Positions 13,195-25,129 of a DNA stretch of 64,000 nucleotides are shown in pieces. The translations under genes were made by a program, and so were the position numbers. Origin of the DNA: Octopus sinensis (Eukaryota); contig NC_043010.1 in assembly GCF_006345805.1 (NCBI RefSeq), positions 58,652,001 through 58,716,000 on the forward strand. The letters are read 5' to 3'. The notes under the pieces were generated by a model. The model was not told where the DNA came from. It saw only the letters and a program-made list of their open reading frames with translations, and ran no database searches. The first letter of the stretch is position 1. Each line of letters opens with the position of its first letter.

Positions 13195-13905
13195 TTCTGG
13201 TGTGGCTGAGTAGTAAGAAGCTTGCTTGCTGGATTCCATGGTTCTGGGTTCAGTCCCACTGCATGGCACCTTGGGCAAGTGTCTTCTACTATAGCCTCAA
13301 GCAGACCAAAGCCTTATGAGTGGATTTGGCAGACGGAAACTGAAAGAAGCCCTTTGTATACATATATAAACACGTGTGTGTGTCTATACACAGCCACTCC
13401 ATCAGTTATGCCAACAAGGGTCCCAGTTGATCTGATCAATGGAACAACATGCTCGGGAAATTAATGTGGAAGTGGCTGAGTACTCCACAGACACGTGTAC
13501 CTTTAACGTAGTTCTCAGGAAGATTCAGCGTGACAAGGCTGCCCCTTTGAATTACAGAGAAACTCATTTTTGCTAGCTGAGTGAAATAAAGTGTCTTGCT
13601 CAAGGACTCAATGTGCCATTGGGAATTGAACTCACGATGATCTTATGATCATGACTCGAATGCCCTAACTACTAAGCCATGTGCTTTCACACACACACAC
13701 ACATATATATATACACACACACGTGTGTGTTGGTCTCTCTCCCCACCACCACCACCACCACCATTTGATAACTGGTGTTAGTTAGTGACTTAGTAATTTA
13801 GCAAAAAGAGACCAATAGAATATGTCCCAGGCTTTAGAAAATTAAGTTTTGGGGCCAAGTTGTTTGACTAAACCCGTCAATGACTGAAACAAGTAAAAGA
13901 TACAA
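13195..13905 (+). mobile_element. Family A SINE split by a nested family D SINE (13385-13690, minus)
   Basis: Head 13195-13370 and tail 13720-13905; acacgtgtgtgt occurs on both sides of the insert (TSD-like). Confidence 0.75.
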
Positions 13906-14519
13906 GATATATGTATACACACGCATGCATGCACACACACACATACACACACTTATATTAAACTTATATGTGTGTGTATATATATATATACACACACACA
14001 CGCACACATATATATACACACACACATATATACACATACACTTACATACACATGTATATATATATACATATACATATATATATATATATATATATACTAA
14101 ATGTTTTAGAACCCTATTTCTGTGATGTTTTATATTGTATATACGGGCCCTTATGGCCAGTAAAGACAGAATTATTATTATTATTATTAAAGAAAACTCA
14201 CCCCAGCCTTGCTACACCTTTACTCCTGAAGGCCCTCCACAGGCCATTGGTGCAGCCCTTCCTCTCTGGAAGATTAAATGGAAAAAATAAACAAAAGGGA
14301 ACAATTAAAAAATTTTGAGGTAATCAATGAACTACTACTACTACTACTACTACTACTACACACAAAAATTTTCGACTGCATCCTTTACTCATTTGCTGAC
14401 CCTCTCTGAAGCTCCCAAAAGATCTATACTGGAGTATTGTGGCCCCAATGTAGGCTCTTGCTGTTGTTACACTCACGCATCAACATTCTAGATCACATCT
14501 ACAATGAGGGTCATTCAAA

Positions 14520-15005
14520 AGATTAAAAGAGACTCGCCAAAATTGTACGACTCAATTCAAACATAACTGGCCAGATATTGTTGTTTGGGTCCGAGAAGAA
14601 AAAACCATGTACCATCTTAGAGGTCAGCTGACCTGATGATGTGAATATCTCTTTGAAAATCAAAGAGAAAGAGAATGATTATGGACAACTGCTTCGAAAC
14701 CCCCAGCTTCTATATCCCGATTATAAAATCATATTTCTGCCAATGAGAATTGGAGCACTTGGTTTTCAGAGTAAATGTCTGTGTGATGATCTAGATAAGC
14801 TGGAGTTTTCAAAAAAAAAAAAAAGTAATCAGCCGATCTAGCACATTAAAAATACAATCTGTAAGTAGAACAATAAAGATATGCAAGACTTTTCTCAAGT
14901 TTGAATTATGAATTCGTTTTTGTAATTTACATTCCAGCGATGGAACTTTGTATCTTTGTTAGAAACCTGCTCCAGCTTTTTAAGAAGATTTCAAATAATT
15001 AAAAA
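14520..15005 (+). mobile_element. 5'-truncated RLE-type non-LTR retrotransposon 3' end (subfamily 2)
   Basis: HNWPDIVVW..E...LEVS.PDDVNISLKIKEKEN.YGQLLRN.QLLYPDYK..F.P..IGALG ... KICKTFLKF; PD-(D/E)xK restriction-like endonuclease. Confidence 0.8.
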
Positions 15006-15096
15006 TAGAAGAGAAACATATATATATATATATATATATATACCCTTACCTACCTACTGCCAACATATACATACAAAAGTACATACATATATGCAT

Positions 15097-15130
<34 letters not shown>

Positions 15131-15137
15131 ATATACA

Positions 15138-15866
15138 TGATGGCTGCCCCCTCGTTATTGAGTATGGCTATTGCACGAGGTTTAACTGTTAACGGAGCTG
15201 TGACCGAATGTGACTTTTTAGCCCAGTTAAAGACCTACAATGTCTTGTACAGGATTGGCAGCTAAAACCTTTACTGGCAATAGCTAACTGTAATTATAAT
15301 TGGGCTTCATGTACCTTTGCATGTCGTTTAAGTCCTCCTGCCGAATTACACTCTCTTCCACATGCCCGACAGATATGATTAGTATGGTGTGTAGCACCAC
15401 CACCAAGCAGCCTGGTAGTCAATCATCAGTCTCTCTTTATGACTAGGAAGATGACTCATGAGCCCAGCTTTACTGAGGCAGGGTCTTGCACAGACATTGC
15501 ATGTCAGCATCAAAGGAAGACCCTTCCCATCTGGAAGTGTAACAGCAATGCCCTTCCTGACATCCCTCCTTACTTTCTCATGTGCAACTCGAGATTTCTC
15601 AAAAGTGGCTGTCCCCTCATGCACAATCCTTCTCCACCTGCTACGATCAATAGCTATGCCTTCCCATGTGTCAGGAGAGATGCAAGCGTCTCTTAAGGAA
15701 GCCTTCAGCAAGTCCTTATACCTCTTTTTTGGTTTATGTGGAGGTTGTTCTCCTTTAGCCAACTCTCCGTAAAAGAGTTGTTTTGGCATCCTTGAATCTT
15801 TCATTCTGACCAGATGACCACTCCATCTGAGCCTTTGCTTCAACACAAGAGCTTCTATACTTTCAC
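15138..15866 (-). mobile_element. RTE-clade LINE 3' end with C-terminal C2H2-like finger
   Basis: RLRWSGHLVRMKDSRMPKQLFYGEL..G......PKKRYKD; CNVCARPCLSKAGLMSHLPSH; 3' end gggcagccatcat. Confidence 0.88.
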
Positions 15867-15867
15867 A

Positions 15868-16016
15868 TACATACAGGTCACCATGGTGCACACACATGGT
15901 TGCAATGCATGTGCCTGGTGTACCCTTATCAGATGGGTAGTCATGACCGGTGTATTGGGCTTCATATATTTGTAGCCAGCATCACTTTGATGGCATGTGC
16001 TGCTCTCTCACTCAAT
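15868..16016 (+). mobile_element. Family E non-coding repeat, 3' fragment ending ctctcactcAATAA
   Basis: Reverse complement of the 18483 and 28545 copies. Confidence 0.75.
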
Positions 16017-16019
16017 AAA

Positions 16020-16300
16020 AATATACAAGAGCCATTTATAGTGATAGATGTCAGTTGCTATGCAGATGTGACCATCTCTTCCAAACTCTGTAAAGAGGAG
16101 AATATCTATGGACAACTGCTTCAAAGCCTGCAGTACCTCTGCCCTGATTATAAACTCATCTTCATACCAGTAATTATTGATGCACTTGGGTATTTTAGAA
16201 AATGTTTAAGCCACAGTCTGTAGAAGCTAAAATCTTCAAGCAAAGATCCAGTTTGTAAGTGGAACAGTAAAAATATGCAAGACTTTCTTAAAGTTTGATG
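16020..16300 (+). mobile_element. RLE-type LINE 3' fragment (subfamily 2)
   Basis: IDVSCYADVTISSKLCKEENIYGQLLQSLQYLCPDYKLIFIPVIIDALGY ... GTVKICKTFLKF. Confidence 0.78.
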
Positions 16301-16859
16301 ATGTAACATTTATTGTTGATATCTAAACTCCAATGATGGAGTATTTGTTTCTTTGTTGGAAGCCAATTCACTCCTTCTAGGAAGGAGACGAATAAATAAC
16401 AAGAAGAACCACACACGCATATATACACAATAAACACATACATAAGCACATACATGGAAACATTTAAATGCACATACATGCACACCTCCTCAATTGTAGA
16501 TGTGTGATGGAGGGATGCAGGGATGAGAAAATATGAAAAGTCTTTAGTGTGTTGTCTTAATTAGATAGAAAGCTTGGGGGAAATGGAGAGTGGGAAGTTA
16601 AGTGTCTTGCCCAAGGTTACGGTGACAAAACATCACAGCAGGGTGAAGGTTTCAATCCCTGCAGCAATCTGGACTGAATCCATCGATGTCAGATTATTTG
16701 AATTGACATCTACAATGTTACCATGGCGATCTTACAGGGGAATGAATCTATAGAATATGCGCAGAGGCTGATGTCTAAATATATACAAAGCGGGGAGGAG
16801 TGAGGAGCTAAATATATAATTGTATGCATGCATTACACACACGCACATGCATGTGTGTG

Positions 16860-16926
16860 CACATGCAGAGAAATGGACAGACAGACAGACAGACAGACAG
16901 ACAGATAGATAGACAGACAGACAGAC

Positions 16927-16960
<34 letters not shown>
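16860..16960. repeat. (GACA)n(GATA)n tetranucleotide microsatellite
   Basis: Direct reading. Confidence 0.95.
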
Positions 16961-17169
16961 GGCAGTCGATATGTAGGTAAACAAACTGATAGAAATGTTT
17001 ACAGAGTGAGGTCGGTTTAAATCTGTTCCTTTCTTGTAGGAATTGGTCACCCATTAAAAACTTCCTTATGTAGACATATTGAAAGAGAGAAAGGGAGAGA
17101 GAGAGAGAGAGGTGAGGACAGAAGGAACAACAAAAAGGGTTCTATAATATCTGATCTTCATACACACAC

Positions 17170-17430
17170 ACACACATGTGGTCAGGATGTTGCACTCGTG
17201 ATTGCTAGACCGTGGGTTCAGTTCCCAGACCCGGCAGTGCATTGTATTCTTGAGCAAAATTCATTTTACACTCTTTGAGTCTGCTCAGCTGTAAACAGGT
17301 TGACATGGCAACAGAATGGCCTTCTGGCCAGGGAAGAATGTTGGTCTGCTCACCTTGTCAGTGGGGTGGCATCATTCCAAAGCGCATTGTGACCAGTAAT
17401 GTATAACAACATCTGAGCATCTGATTAATC
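17170..17430 (+). mobile_element. tRNA-derived SINE variant (related copy at 31500-31715, minus)
   Basis: A/B-box-like head gtggtcagg...ggttcagttccc followed by ttgt.ttcttgagcaa. Confidence 0.55.
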
Positions 17431-17439
17431 ACATGATCA

Positions 17440-17472
<33 letters not shown>

Positions 17473-17475
<3 letters not shown>

Positions 17476-17870
17476 ACAGGAGTGGCTGTGTGGTAAGTAG
17501 CTTGCTAACCAACCACATGGTTCCAGGTTCAGTCCTACTGCATGGCGAGTGTCTTCTACTACAGCCTCAGGCCAACCAAAGCTTTGTGAGTGGATTTGGT
17601 AGATGGAAACTGAAAGAAGCCCATCGTATATATATATATAAATGCGTGTGTGTGTGTGTGTTTGTATGTCTGTGTTTGTCCCCCCACCATCACTTGACAA
17701 CCAATGCTGGTGTGTTTACGTCCCCGTAACTTAGCAGTTCAGCAAAAGAGACCGAGGGTTTAAGTACTAGGCTTACAAAGAATAAGTCCTGGGGTTGCTT
17801 TGCTCAACTAAAGGCAGTGCTCCAGCATGGCTGCAGTCAAATGACTGAAACCAGGAAGAGCATAAAAGAA
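17473..17870 (+). mobile_element. Family A SINE
   Basis: Near full-length match to the 2879 copy. Confidence 0.85.
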
Positions 17871-17949
17871 TATACACACACACTCACATACATGCACTCG
17901 CATGCCCATACATACACACTCACACAAATATATATGTGTGAGAGTTCTG

Positions 17950-18460
17950 ACCAATAAGAAAAACAATTTCTAGATCATTTGTTGCTGGTGGTTTAATATA
18001 TAAACAAGGGACTGAAGTGGGACCCTTATTTAGCAAGCACTTTTCTAAGAATTCTAACAATTCCAATGAGTGTTGGTTCCTGCAAGTGTCCTGCATTGAC
18101 ATTGTGCCTGATATCTAAAAAAGTAGTTTACAATTCTGGTGCTCGCAGTACCTAGCACCCCAACAACTGGGACCATCTCAACCTTTTCCATTGCCCACAG
18201 ATATTCTATCTTCCAAGTGGGACAAGCCACATCTAGAATCAAACACTGTGTGTTGGCTTTGTTAATCACCATAAGATCTAGTTTACACTGTTTAATTTCA
18301 TGCTCCCATTGTACTATAAGGTCCCAAAAATCTCTTGGCAGGATCACTTTGAGAACACCTTCTAGTTTGTGCTCATTCAAGACCATATTTTACACATAAC
18401 TCCCAATAAACAACTTTGGCTAAGTTATCATAGCATCACTTGTATTCTTTGTGCTCTGGC
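17950..18460 (-). mobile_element. R4/Dong-like RLE LINE 3' fragment (subfamily 1)
   Basis: KEYK..YDNLAKVVYWELCVKYGL; WD...Q.EHEIK..K.DL.VINK....CLILDVACP; VPVVGVLGT; LIGIVRILRKVL. Confidence 0.8.
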
Positions 18461-18482
18461 TGGTGATCATTATCATTATTAA

Positions 18483-19003
18483 GTGAGAGAGCAGTGCATG
18501 CCATCAAAGTGACACTGGGTTAAATTATACAAAGCCCTGGATACCCATCATAACTATCCATCTGATAAGGGTGCACTAGGCACATGCATTACAACCATAT
18601 GTGCGTAACATGGTGATCTCATATCAAGAGAAACAGTGCGTGACCTTGCAGGTGAGGCCCAGTTAGAATCTTCTTCTGGTCACGTAACCCATCTGGTTCA
18701 AAAAGTCCCTGAATAAGGGTTGCTTAAAGATGTTGAATGAAGCACCCATGTTTTCTTTCAGCACATGGCTATGATGCTCCCCCACTACTTCTGCTTGTGA
18801 TCAGTGATGCACATATTGTCAGCCACCAAGGGACATGCTCAACTGGTTAAGGTCAAACAACTGACAAGCAAATCTTTGGTATTGATCAGAATATTTGCTG
18901 TAGCCCATCTTTTATACCAAGACAAAACAATGTACATGATAACACTTCCAATCAGTTAAGACCAGAAGCCATGAGAGCCACTGCCTGGGACTGCATCAGG
19001 ACA
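18483..19003 (-). mobile_element. Family E non-coding interspersed repeat flanked by (TAA)n on both sides
   Basis: About 520 bp; homologous copies at 28545, 48058, 15868 and 58545. Confidence 0.8.
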
Positions 19004-19004
19004 T

Positions 19005-19007
19005 TAT

Positions 19008-19043
<36 letters not shown>

Positions 19044-19099
19044 TAATAACAATAATAATAATAATAATAAAAATAATAACAATAATAATAATAATAATA

Positions 19100-19136
<37 letters not shown>
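19005..19136. repeat. (AAT)n switching to (TTA)n microsatellite
   Basis: Direct reading; strand switch at 19100/19101. Confidence 0.95.
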
Positions 19137-19138
<2 letters not shown>

Positions 19139-19323
19139 CAACTAGTCAACCAATTAACCAATTAATTACTTCATTAATCATTTTAACAATCAATAAACGA
19201 ACCAGTTAGTCCAGTTGTGTAGTTGCCATTCACACCTGAATCAGTTAGATACCCTTTGTTACTCAAGGTGTGTTCCATATTCAAATACACACACATAAAC
19301 ATACATACATACATATATATACA

Positions 19324-19533
19324 CATACGATATAGTGTATATGTAAACACATAGAGAATCCACTTATAAGGATTCTACGCATTAGAAAGAACAGCTAAGT
19401 TCTATGACCACAGGAATTCCTATTGAATTTTGTCCTGAATTTTTTGTGGTCATAGAACTTAGCTGTTCTTTCTAATGCGTAGAATCGCTATAAGTGGATT
19501 CTCTATGTGTTTACATATACACTATATCGTATG
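19324..19533. repeat. 89-bp near-perfect inverted repeat with a 32-nt spacer
   Basis: 19324-19412 vs 19445-19533; two mismatches counted by eye. Confidence 0.92.
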
Positions 19534-19815
19534 ACTAATATATAGTCTTTTTGACTAAAATTTTGTTTACGCGTTGGACCACTGGAAATGTAAATTTTAA
19601 TTGAATGTTTTTAATTTTAATTAAATTCCATTTCCCTTTGATATGTTTAAATACTATATATACATATATATATATAAACTACAGCAGCAAAATACTACAG
19701 TTGACAGAAGCATTATGGAAGGATAACAAGGAGAGAAGGAGTGAGCGAAATAGCAGGTCTGAACCCAAAACAGACATAGCAGGGTGAAGGGTCCAGTTTT
19801 GTGTATGTGCATTTT

Positions 19816-19963
19816 GGAGAAGTGACTTGGTGGTAAGAAGTTTGCCTCGCAACCACAGAGTTCCAGGTTCAGTCCCACTGTGTGGCACCTTGGGCAAGTG
19901 TCTTCTACTATAGCCTCAGGCCGACCAATGCCTCGTGACGGAAACTGAAAGAAGCCCATCATA

Positions 19964-20008
<45 letters not shown>

Positions 20009-20222
20009 ATATGTTTGTGTGTCTGTGTTTGTCCCCCCAACATTTCTTGACAACTGATGCTGGTGTGTTTACGTCCCTGTAACTTAGCGGTTTGGCAAAA
20101 CAGACCGATAGAATAAGTACTAGGCTTAGAAAGAATAAGTCCTGGGGTCGATTTACTCGACTAAAGGCTGTGCTCCAGCATGGCCACATGCAAATGACTG
20201 AAACAAGTAAAAGATAAAAGAG
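19816..20222 (+). mobile_element. Family A SINE
   Basis: Match to family A. Confidence 0.85.
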
Positions 20223-20651
20223 AAAAGGTGTCTCAAGTGGAGGTGGTGATTTTGGTGGTGGTGGTGGTGGTCATATATGGATGCATGAAAGTGCAGTTAT
20301 TATTGCTTTTGCTTGCTCCAACCTCAACACCCATTCATCTGTTGAGGGGTCAGTATACAACACAGCATGTTGCTGCGTAACTATGTGTAGATGCATGTCT
20401 GTGTATGTGTGTGTGTGAGTGTATATTGAGGGGAGGTGTTGGTAGCTTCACCTCTGTGTTGTGTTGTGTGGCTCAGCACTGGGAGTGACGGTGGGAGATG
20501 CAGGCCAAACCAATACCACACCCCTTGTACGCCTTTACACAAATGCATACAGGCATAAATACAATATATACATACATAAACACATACATACATATATGTA
20601 CACACACACACACATATATATATATATACTTATATATACATGTATGTGTGT

Positions 20652-20800
20652 TCCGCCGAGGTCGACTTTGCCTTTCATCCTTTCGGGGTCGATTAAATAA
20701 GTACCAGTTACGCACTGGGGTTGATGTAATCGACTTAATCCTTTTGTCTGTCCTTGTTTGTCCCCTCTATGTTTAGCCCCTTGTGGGTAGGAAAGAAATA
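20652..20800 (+). mobile_element. Family B SINE 3' part
   Basis: ccgccgaggtcgactttgcctttcatcctttcggggtcg; intact CpGs suggest a young copy. Confidence 0.75.
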
Positions 20801-21271
20801 TATATATATATATATATATACATATGTTAGAGTCTGCATGATTGTATAGAGTTAAATATATAAGCCAATGAGATTCCAGTGTAGTATGGTTCCTACATTT
20901 TACTTTTGTAAAATTGGGGAAAATTCAAAAATAAAACTTAAAAAATCAGACTTTGTAGGCTTCACATTAACTTATACATATTTGCATGTATTCAATAAAT
21001 ATATTTATATATATATGTATATATACATACATACATCATCATCGTCATCATCATTTAACGTCCGTTTTCCATGCTAGCATGGGTTGGACGCATATACATA
21101 TATATGTATATATATACATACACATATATACAAACATACGTATATATGTATAAATACATAAATACATATATATATATGTATATATATATATATTTATACA
21201 CACACAAACACAAACACACATATGATATATATATCTATGTAATATATATAGAAATATATATGTACATATTA

Positions 21272-21309
<38 letters not shown>

Positions 21310-21454
21310 AAGAGAAGACGGAATGTACCAACAGAAAAAATTTATATTGCCACAGCAATTGTTTCATCTTTAACCTTACCTTTGACTTGTATATATATGT
21401 GTGTGTGTGTGTATGTATATATATATATGTGTGTGGGTGTATATATATATATAT

Positions 21455-21738
21455 ATATACACATTCAACAATCAATGAATATATATATGTATTTATACAT
21501 GAATATATATGTCTGTGTATGTCTTTATATATACACATATACAACAATCAATGAATATAGATCGTTAGCCACTACACACATTTTCTCTCTCCTTGTTTTT
21601 TCTGTGTCCCTTTCTGTAGAAGAGCGTAAGCTCGAAACGTAAAAGACTTTTTCTATTCCTGAGCATTATATTAATACATCTGTTTGTTTTGTACACCTGT
21701 CTTCGTCTTTTGTTTTTTTCATAAACTCTCCCTATATT
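21455..21738 (+). mobile_element. Penelope-like pseudo-LTR remnant
   Basis: Carries a hammerhead-like motif; related to the 54255-54470 copy (shared gctcaggaa and acgtttcgagc..gctcttc). Confidence 0.55.
21610..21645 (+). ncRNA. Minimal type I hammerhead-like motif (core variant CUGUAGA)
   Basis: cttt-CTGTAGA-A-GAGC gtaa GCTC-GAA-ACGT-A-aaag: stem I, stem II and palindromic stem III present; A6 replaced by U. Confidence 0.45.
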
Positions 21739-22034
21739 TATATATAATATATATATATATATAATATATATATATATACATACACATACACATGTGTGAG
21801 TGTGTGTGCATGCATGTTTTGTGTGTGTTTGTGTGTGTGTGTGTGGTGTGAAATATTCCTATATACTTGTGATATATTTGACACCCCTTTTTACCTGCTC
21901 ATTTAATTCCCATAAACTTACAGTCATAGCACCAACAACCTTTCACTGATTAAATTATTTCACTGAGATGAGCTCTTATCTTATATCTATCTATCAATCT
22001 ATCTATCTGTCTGTGTGTCCATCTGTATCTTTGT

Positions 22035-22800
22035 ATGTATGTATGTCATTATTCAATTTATTTCAAGATTTCTTGCCAATAGAGAAAAAAACCGGAATCT
22101 CACTGGAATCTCAACATCAACAACAGGGTATTTTTGATTGCATATACATATGTATGTGTGTGTGTGTATGCATGTATGTATGTATGTGCAGATTTGTATG
22201 TTTTTATGTATGTATTCTGATGCGTATAGTTACATATCTAGACATGCTCATATATATTTAAATGATAAACTTCTGGAAAGTTTTACAGATTTTTACAGTT
22301 CCATTGATGAATTGGATCTGTAGTCTCCTTTCTGGTTTTGAGAAGCCTAATTTCTCAAGATTGGTATTTAGGCAATGTGTTACATATCCCAGGGCCCCAA
22401 TTATTTCAGGTATAAACCCAAACTTGTAATCTGGATAGAGTAACTGCAGATTTCTCAATAGTTCAGCATAGGTATTGTCTTTTTCCCTAATCTTCAGCTT
22501 TATGTTAACATCCACTAGGCAGCTAATTTCTACAACTCTGCACAGTTTCTCTTCTCTATCCCAAATCATTATATCAGGTCTGTTGTGCTTATATTTTGTT
22601 GACGTCTTCACTATAATATTCCTTAAGTATTCCTTTTTATTATGAGTGGCTATGGCTTCTACCATATTGTGGGTTCTTATTTCTTTGTCCTTGGGATTAT
22701 CCTTCCAATGGATTTCATTATAAAGTGTATCTATCTATGTAATATAATCCCCTTAATGTTTATACAAGAAGCATTCTACAATGTAGATAAGTAGTGAACT
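22035..22800 (-). mobile_element. RLE-type LINE 3' end (subfamily 2) with 3'UTR ending in (CATA)n
   Basis: ORF 22258-22665: KHNRPDIMIWDREEKLCRVVEISC.VDVNIKLKIREKDNTYAELLRNLQLLYPDYKF. Confidence 0.85.
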
Positions 22801-23013
22801 ACATCTACCAAAATGTATTCTAATGGAAATAAGTGAAACAGAGATTAAAAAATGAGGTACTTTTTGACAAGTCACCTGATGAAACACTTCTGCACATATG
22901 ATGCACCACAACCATTTGTACAGCATCTCAGCTCATGAAGCACCTATGCACAATGAGTTGAAACGGTTGTAGTAAATAATAAAGAGTCTCATGAATTCCA
23001 GGTTCATTGTATC

Positions 23014-23063
<50 letters not shown>

Positions 23064-23119
23064 TGCACGCACACACACATACATACATACATATATAGAA
23101 ATAGATAGATACATACAGA

Positions 23120-23310
23120 TCGTGGCACTCTGTCAGTTATGGTGACAAGGGTTCCAGTTGATCCGATCAACGGAACAGCCTGCTCATGAAATTAACATGC
23201 AAGTGGCTGAGTATTCCACAGACACGTGTACCCTTAATATAGTTCTCAGAGTGATTCAGCATGACAAAGAGTACGACAAGGCTGGGCCTTTGAAATACAG
23301 GTACAACAGA
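23120..23310 (-). mobile_element. Family D SINE 3' part
   Basis: Match to the 3700 and 13385 copies. Confidence 0.7.
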
Positions 23311-23571
23311 AAGAAAAAGTGAGAGAAAGTTGTGGTGAAAAGAGTACAGCAGGGTTCGCCACCCACCCCCTCCTGCCGTAGACTCATGGAGCTTTAGGTG
23401 CTTTTGCGCAATATACACTCATAACACCTTGTTTGGGAATCGAAACCGCAATCCTACAACAGCAAGTCTGCTGCCCTAAACACTGGGCCATTGCACCTCC
23501 ACACATATAGATACTTATGTAGAGACATATTGATATGGATAGGTACACACACACACATATATATATATATA

Positions 23572-23628
<57 letters not shown>

Positions 23629-23765
23629 ATGTAGGTGTTCTAACTCTAGTCCTATTAGTGACAATTATAATTTTCGCTTTAGATAAAGTATGCACACTTC
23701 TGTCTATATTAAACTATTATTATTGCTATATATATATATATATATATATATGCATATATGTTATG

Positions 23766-23852
<87 letters not shown>

Positions 23853-23963
23853 AATGTATATGTATATATGTATTTATTCACTTAAATTTGCATGTAGATA
23901 TATACCAAAAGAAAAATACATATATAAACATTTACACAAAAACACCACTGACACATATACTTA

Positions 23964-24002
<39 letters not shown>

Positions 24003-25129
24003 ACTTAAACACGTACTTACGAATGTAAACACACTTATATGTGGAGATAACAGATATGTAAACAATCATTGGCACGATACCTTGTGCACATATTGATCCG
24101 CATACTCCAACACACCCAGATTGACATATGCAGAAGCATTCACATACGTATACATACAAAGACATGCAAGTTCACACACACACACATACACCCTGTTGTT
24201 ATCGGATTTTGCTTTTATCTTGAATAAGACAGTTAAATAAACAACTGGATGAACTCACAAGACAAACATCATCATCATCATCAGCATCATCATCATCAGT
24301 AACAGATTTGGCAGAGTCGTTAGAGCATCCAATTCAATGCCATGTAATAAATTTTTCGGCTGTTTACATTCTTAATTTAAAGTGGTCTGAGGTTAACTTT
24401 GCCTTTTACCTGCCTCCTCAAATCAATTAATTAAAATACTAATGATGTATTATTGGGAAAAAGGGGTACAGCAATATAGTTCACTGGTCCCTTTCTCCAA
24501 ATTTGATGTCTTGTGCCTATAAAAGGAATTATTCTCTATAAAAATTGCTCCAAATTTTAATTTTATTTTTTACATTTAATCCCTGTGAACCTTCTTGCAG
24601 ATCTCTGGGAATGAGGGAAAAAGGGAGGAATCAGTTTATCCTCAGTTTGGAGACCAACCCCTGCAAGTTCTGTTGAAACCCCCTATTGGACCCAGTGGCT
24701 CTGTTGGCTTCTTGTTGTGGTATTACTGAAGAGTTCAGATGTGGCCAATAAATACCAAAGTCTTGCTTATTTTTTCTGCCTGATTCCACAATGATTTAAC
24801 AGTTTCCATTCCAGTGGATGTTATATCATACTCAACGAGTACAAACTCACTTCTCTTTATTTTTTACTTTCATTATTAAACATTTTAATATTTCCATTCT
24901 TTTATAATTTCATTTTCTAAGAAAATGCTTTCAATTTTTCTTTTGTTTTCTTGGTGAAGGAAAACATTGCCATTCACTGTTGCCAAACTAAACAATTTCA
25001 CATCTGCTGGATCCTGGAACTGAAGAATCACAAAACAGTTTGATAGCAAAGAAGATGTTTCGCTTTTGTATTGTTATATTTTGTCAAAAACTTCTATTCT
25101 CGTTTCACATTAAAACAACCTTCTCTGTG

